Assembly: GCA_017987425.1 (NCBI GenBank)
Contig: JAGNTT010000001.1
Coordinates: 1 to 41,836 of the forward strand
Reading direction: 5' to 3'
Length of the DNA: 41,836 nucleotides
Origin: Candidatus Omnitrophota bacterium
GTDB lineage: Bacteria > Omnitrophota > Gorgyraeia > Zapsychrales > Fredricksoniimonadaceae
Notes under the pieces: generated by a model
Seen by the model: only the letters and a program-made list of their open reading frames with translations
Database searches by the model: none
What the model was told of the DNA's origin: nothing
Made by a program: the position numbers and the translations under genes
Shown: piece by piece, positions 40,398 through 41,836 of the stretch
Layout: the number at the start of each line of letters is the position of its first letter
Numbering within the stretch: position 1 is the first letter of the stretch

Positions 40398-40605
40398 TTT
40401 AACTTTTCCTCTTCTTCATTGGGATTCTTTGCTTTCAAAGCCTTTCCGATTTAATTACGCACTATAGATCCGAACTTATTTCTCGTCGAAGAATATTTAA
40501 ATTCTATCAATTTTCCCCGAAAACTATTTTATTAGCACGAGGTAGAAAACCATTCAAACACTTATAGATACATCTTTGTTCGGTAAGGCTAAAACAAAGT
40601 GTTTA

Positions 40606-40633
40606 ATTATCGCAAAATAATTTTTTTTGTCAA
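40606..40633 (-). promoter_or_regulatory. Near-consensus sigma70 promoter upstream of rpsA
   Basis: Minus strand reads TTGACA (40633-40628), a 16-nt spacer ending TGC, then GATAAT (40611-40606), which is an extended -10 TGn. An A/T-tract (GGAAAATTTTA) immediately upstream resembles an UP element. It lies about 200 nt upstream of the rpsA ATG. Confidence 0.65.
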
Positions 40634-40715
40634 TAAAATTTTCCCGATTTACTTGAAATTAAAGACTCTTGATAGCAAACAGTTTAACGTGAACGGAAAG
40701 AAAACAACAGCGGCC

Positions 40716-41297
40716 TCAACGCAGCGCAAAAATACTGTCCATGACCTCTTGGGCGACCTGTTCATAATCACCTTTTGAAACAAAACGGATGGGTTTTCCG
40801 TAACGGACCAAAACCTGCCCCCTTCTCAAAGTTTTGGCCCCCGGCGGAAAGACCTTCTGGGAACCATCCACAAACACCGGAACCACAGGAACATCCGCCT
40901 TCAGGGCTAAAAAGCCTACCCCGGCTTCGATTTTCTTCTCTCCTGGCGTACCGTGACGGGTTCCCTCAGGGAAAAGCAAGAGCGGACGGCCCTTTTTAAG
41001 ACAATCCAGGCTTTCCCTAAGGGCTTTTTTATCGGCCCTATTGCGTTTGACAGGAAAGGCCCATAAAGAGCGCAAAATATATCCCAGCACCGGTCGGTGG
41101 AAAAGCTCATCCTTAGCCATATAATTGAGCCTGCGGCCGGTGGCAATCCCCATGATCATGGGATCCAGATAGCTCACATGGTTACACGCCAAAAGAAACG
41201 CCCCCTCCTTCGGCACATTCTCCCTGCCCTGGATTTTGAGCGGGAAAAACAGAAGACTTAGTAACTTGGTGCTGAAATAGATAATCCAGTAGATCAT
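40716..41297 (-). CDS. plsC: 1-acyl-sn-glycerol-3-phosphate acyltransferase (PlsC family)
   Basis: It has the HX4D motif NHVSYLDP and FPEGTR. I chose the start at M45 (41297, MIYWIIYF...), 9 nt after the upstream gene's stop codon. The ORF-track start at 41429 overlaps the upstream gene by 121 nt. Confidence 0.8.
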   Translation of the reverse strand: MIYWIIYFSTKLLSLLFFPLKIQGRENVPKEGAFLLACNHVSYLDPMIMGIATGRRLNYMAKDELFHRPVLGYILRSLWAFPVKRNRADKKALRESLDCLKKGRPLLLFPEGTRHGTPGEKKIEAGVGFLALKADVPVVPVFVDGSQKVFPPGAKTLRRGQVLVRYGKPIRFVSKGDYEQVAQEVMDSIFALR

Positions 41298-41308
41298 TAA
41301 GGAAGTAA

Positions 41309-41836
41309 TTACAATTTGATAAATTTTTGCATTGCAGCAAATGCCGCGAGATAGAAAAAGAGCCCGAACATAACAGCCCACGGATACCCCATGTGGATCA
41401 GGATCACCATCGCAAAAGCAGATCCGCACATGGACGTGAAACCATTAACAGCCCAGTAGAAAATCAGCGGCGTTCTGGGACCCGCTGAAACATTGGCGAC
41501 CCCAAGCGGAAAAGGAATACCCATCAAGAAACCCACCGAGCAAAGACTGAGTAAGGCGATGATAATTTTGAGAAACACCGGGACTGCCGTAGCCCATTGA
41601 ATAACTGCGGGAAGCAAGAACGCAATCAGCATCAGCCCAATAAACAAAAGCATAAACAGACCCTGGGCATGTTTTCTGGTCTGCACTTTTTTGCTGTAAT
41701 TGCTGCCGAGACCGCAGAAGAAAAGAAGAGTAAACAAAACAACCGTCAGACCGTAAATCGGGTGCCCGAGAAAAACACCCAGACGCTGAATGAGAGGAAT
41801 TTCAACAAACATAAATGCAAAGCCGATGGATGAAAA
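41309..41836 (-). CDS. Polytopic integral membrane protein, C-terminal part (5' end probably outside the window)
   Basis: The frame stays open to the window edge (FSSIGFAF upstream of the listed Met). It has 5 or more hydrophobic helices. The motif FVEIPLIQRLGVFLGHP recalls C-terminal membrane modules of spermidine-synthase-like membrane proteins, but that is from memory only. Confidence 0.55.
   Translation of the reverse strand, partial: FSSIGFAFMFVEIPLIQRLGVFLGHPIYGLTVVLFTLLFFCGLGSNYSKKVQTRKHAQGLFMLLFIGLMLIAFLLPAVIQWATAVPVFLKIIIALLSLCSVGFLMGIPFPLGVANVSAGPRTPLIFYWAVNGFTSMCGSAFAMVILIHMGYPWAVMFGLFFYLAAFAAMQKFIKL

Noticed and set aside
40398-40600. Tiny uORFs in the rpsA leader (for example MVFYLVLIK, and a 3-codon ATG-TAT-CTA-TAA).
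   Set aside because: They are too short, lack an SD, and are expected by chance in AU-rich sequence. They are mentioned only as part of the leader finding.
1-41836. Scan for CRISPR repeats, IS elements or transposases, integrases, phage genes, toxin-antitoxin pairs, restriction or other defence genes, and rRNA genes.
   Set aside because: None were found. Every sizeable ORF is accounted for by a housekeeping or envelope function, and the intergenic spaces are too short, the largest being the 318-nt rpsA promoter and leader region.

Overview
This window is almost entirely core housekeeping DNA from a bacterium, with every gene on the minus strand. From 40397 down to 6803 there is one near-gapless, co-directional transcription/translation supercluster: rpsA-tyrS-tRNA(Thr)-rpmG-tRNA(Trp)-secE-nusG-rplKAJL-rpoBC-rpsLG-fusA-tuf-S10 operon-spc operon-alpha operon. 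It ends in a strong intrinsic terminator after rplQ at 6753-6794. Downstream (1-6701) lies a tightly packed metabolic and envelope block: class-I aminotransferase, pilT, an isocitrate-dehydrogenase-family enzyme, lipB, a free-standing 75-aa lipoyl-domain protein, a GT28 MGDG-synthase/UgtP-like glycosyltransferase, an LpxL/HtrB-family acyltransferase and a truncated GT2. Upstream (40716-41836) lie a PlsC-type acyltransferase and a truncated polytopic membrane protein. I found no CRISPR array, mobile element, toxin-antitoxin pair, defence gene or other clearly novel system, and this looks like an ordinary conserved region. The points worth a second look are modest. They are a 59-nt out-of-frame rpoC/rpsL overlap, a 47-nt adk/map overlap, absence of rpmD (L30), and long Lys/Ala/Gly-rich extensions on L17, S5, L3 and S11. 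There are also structured spacers (rpsK-rpsD, rplL-rpoB, tuf-rpsJ) and two near-consensus sigma70 promoters (tRNA-Thr and rpsA, the latter with a leader of about 200 nt). The lipB plus lipoyl-carrier pair and a putative acyl-glycolipid cassette complete the list. All product calls rest on reading the translated ORFs for family motifs; no database search was possible.
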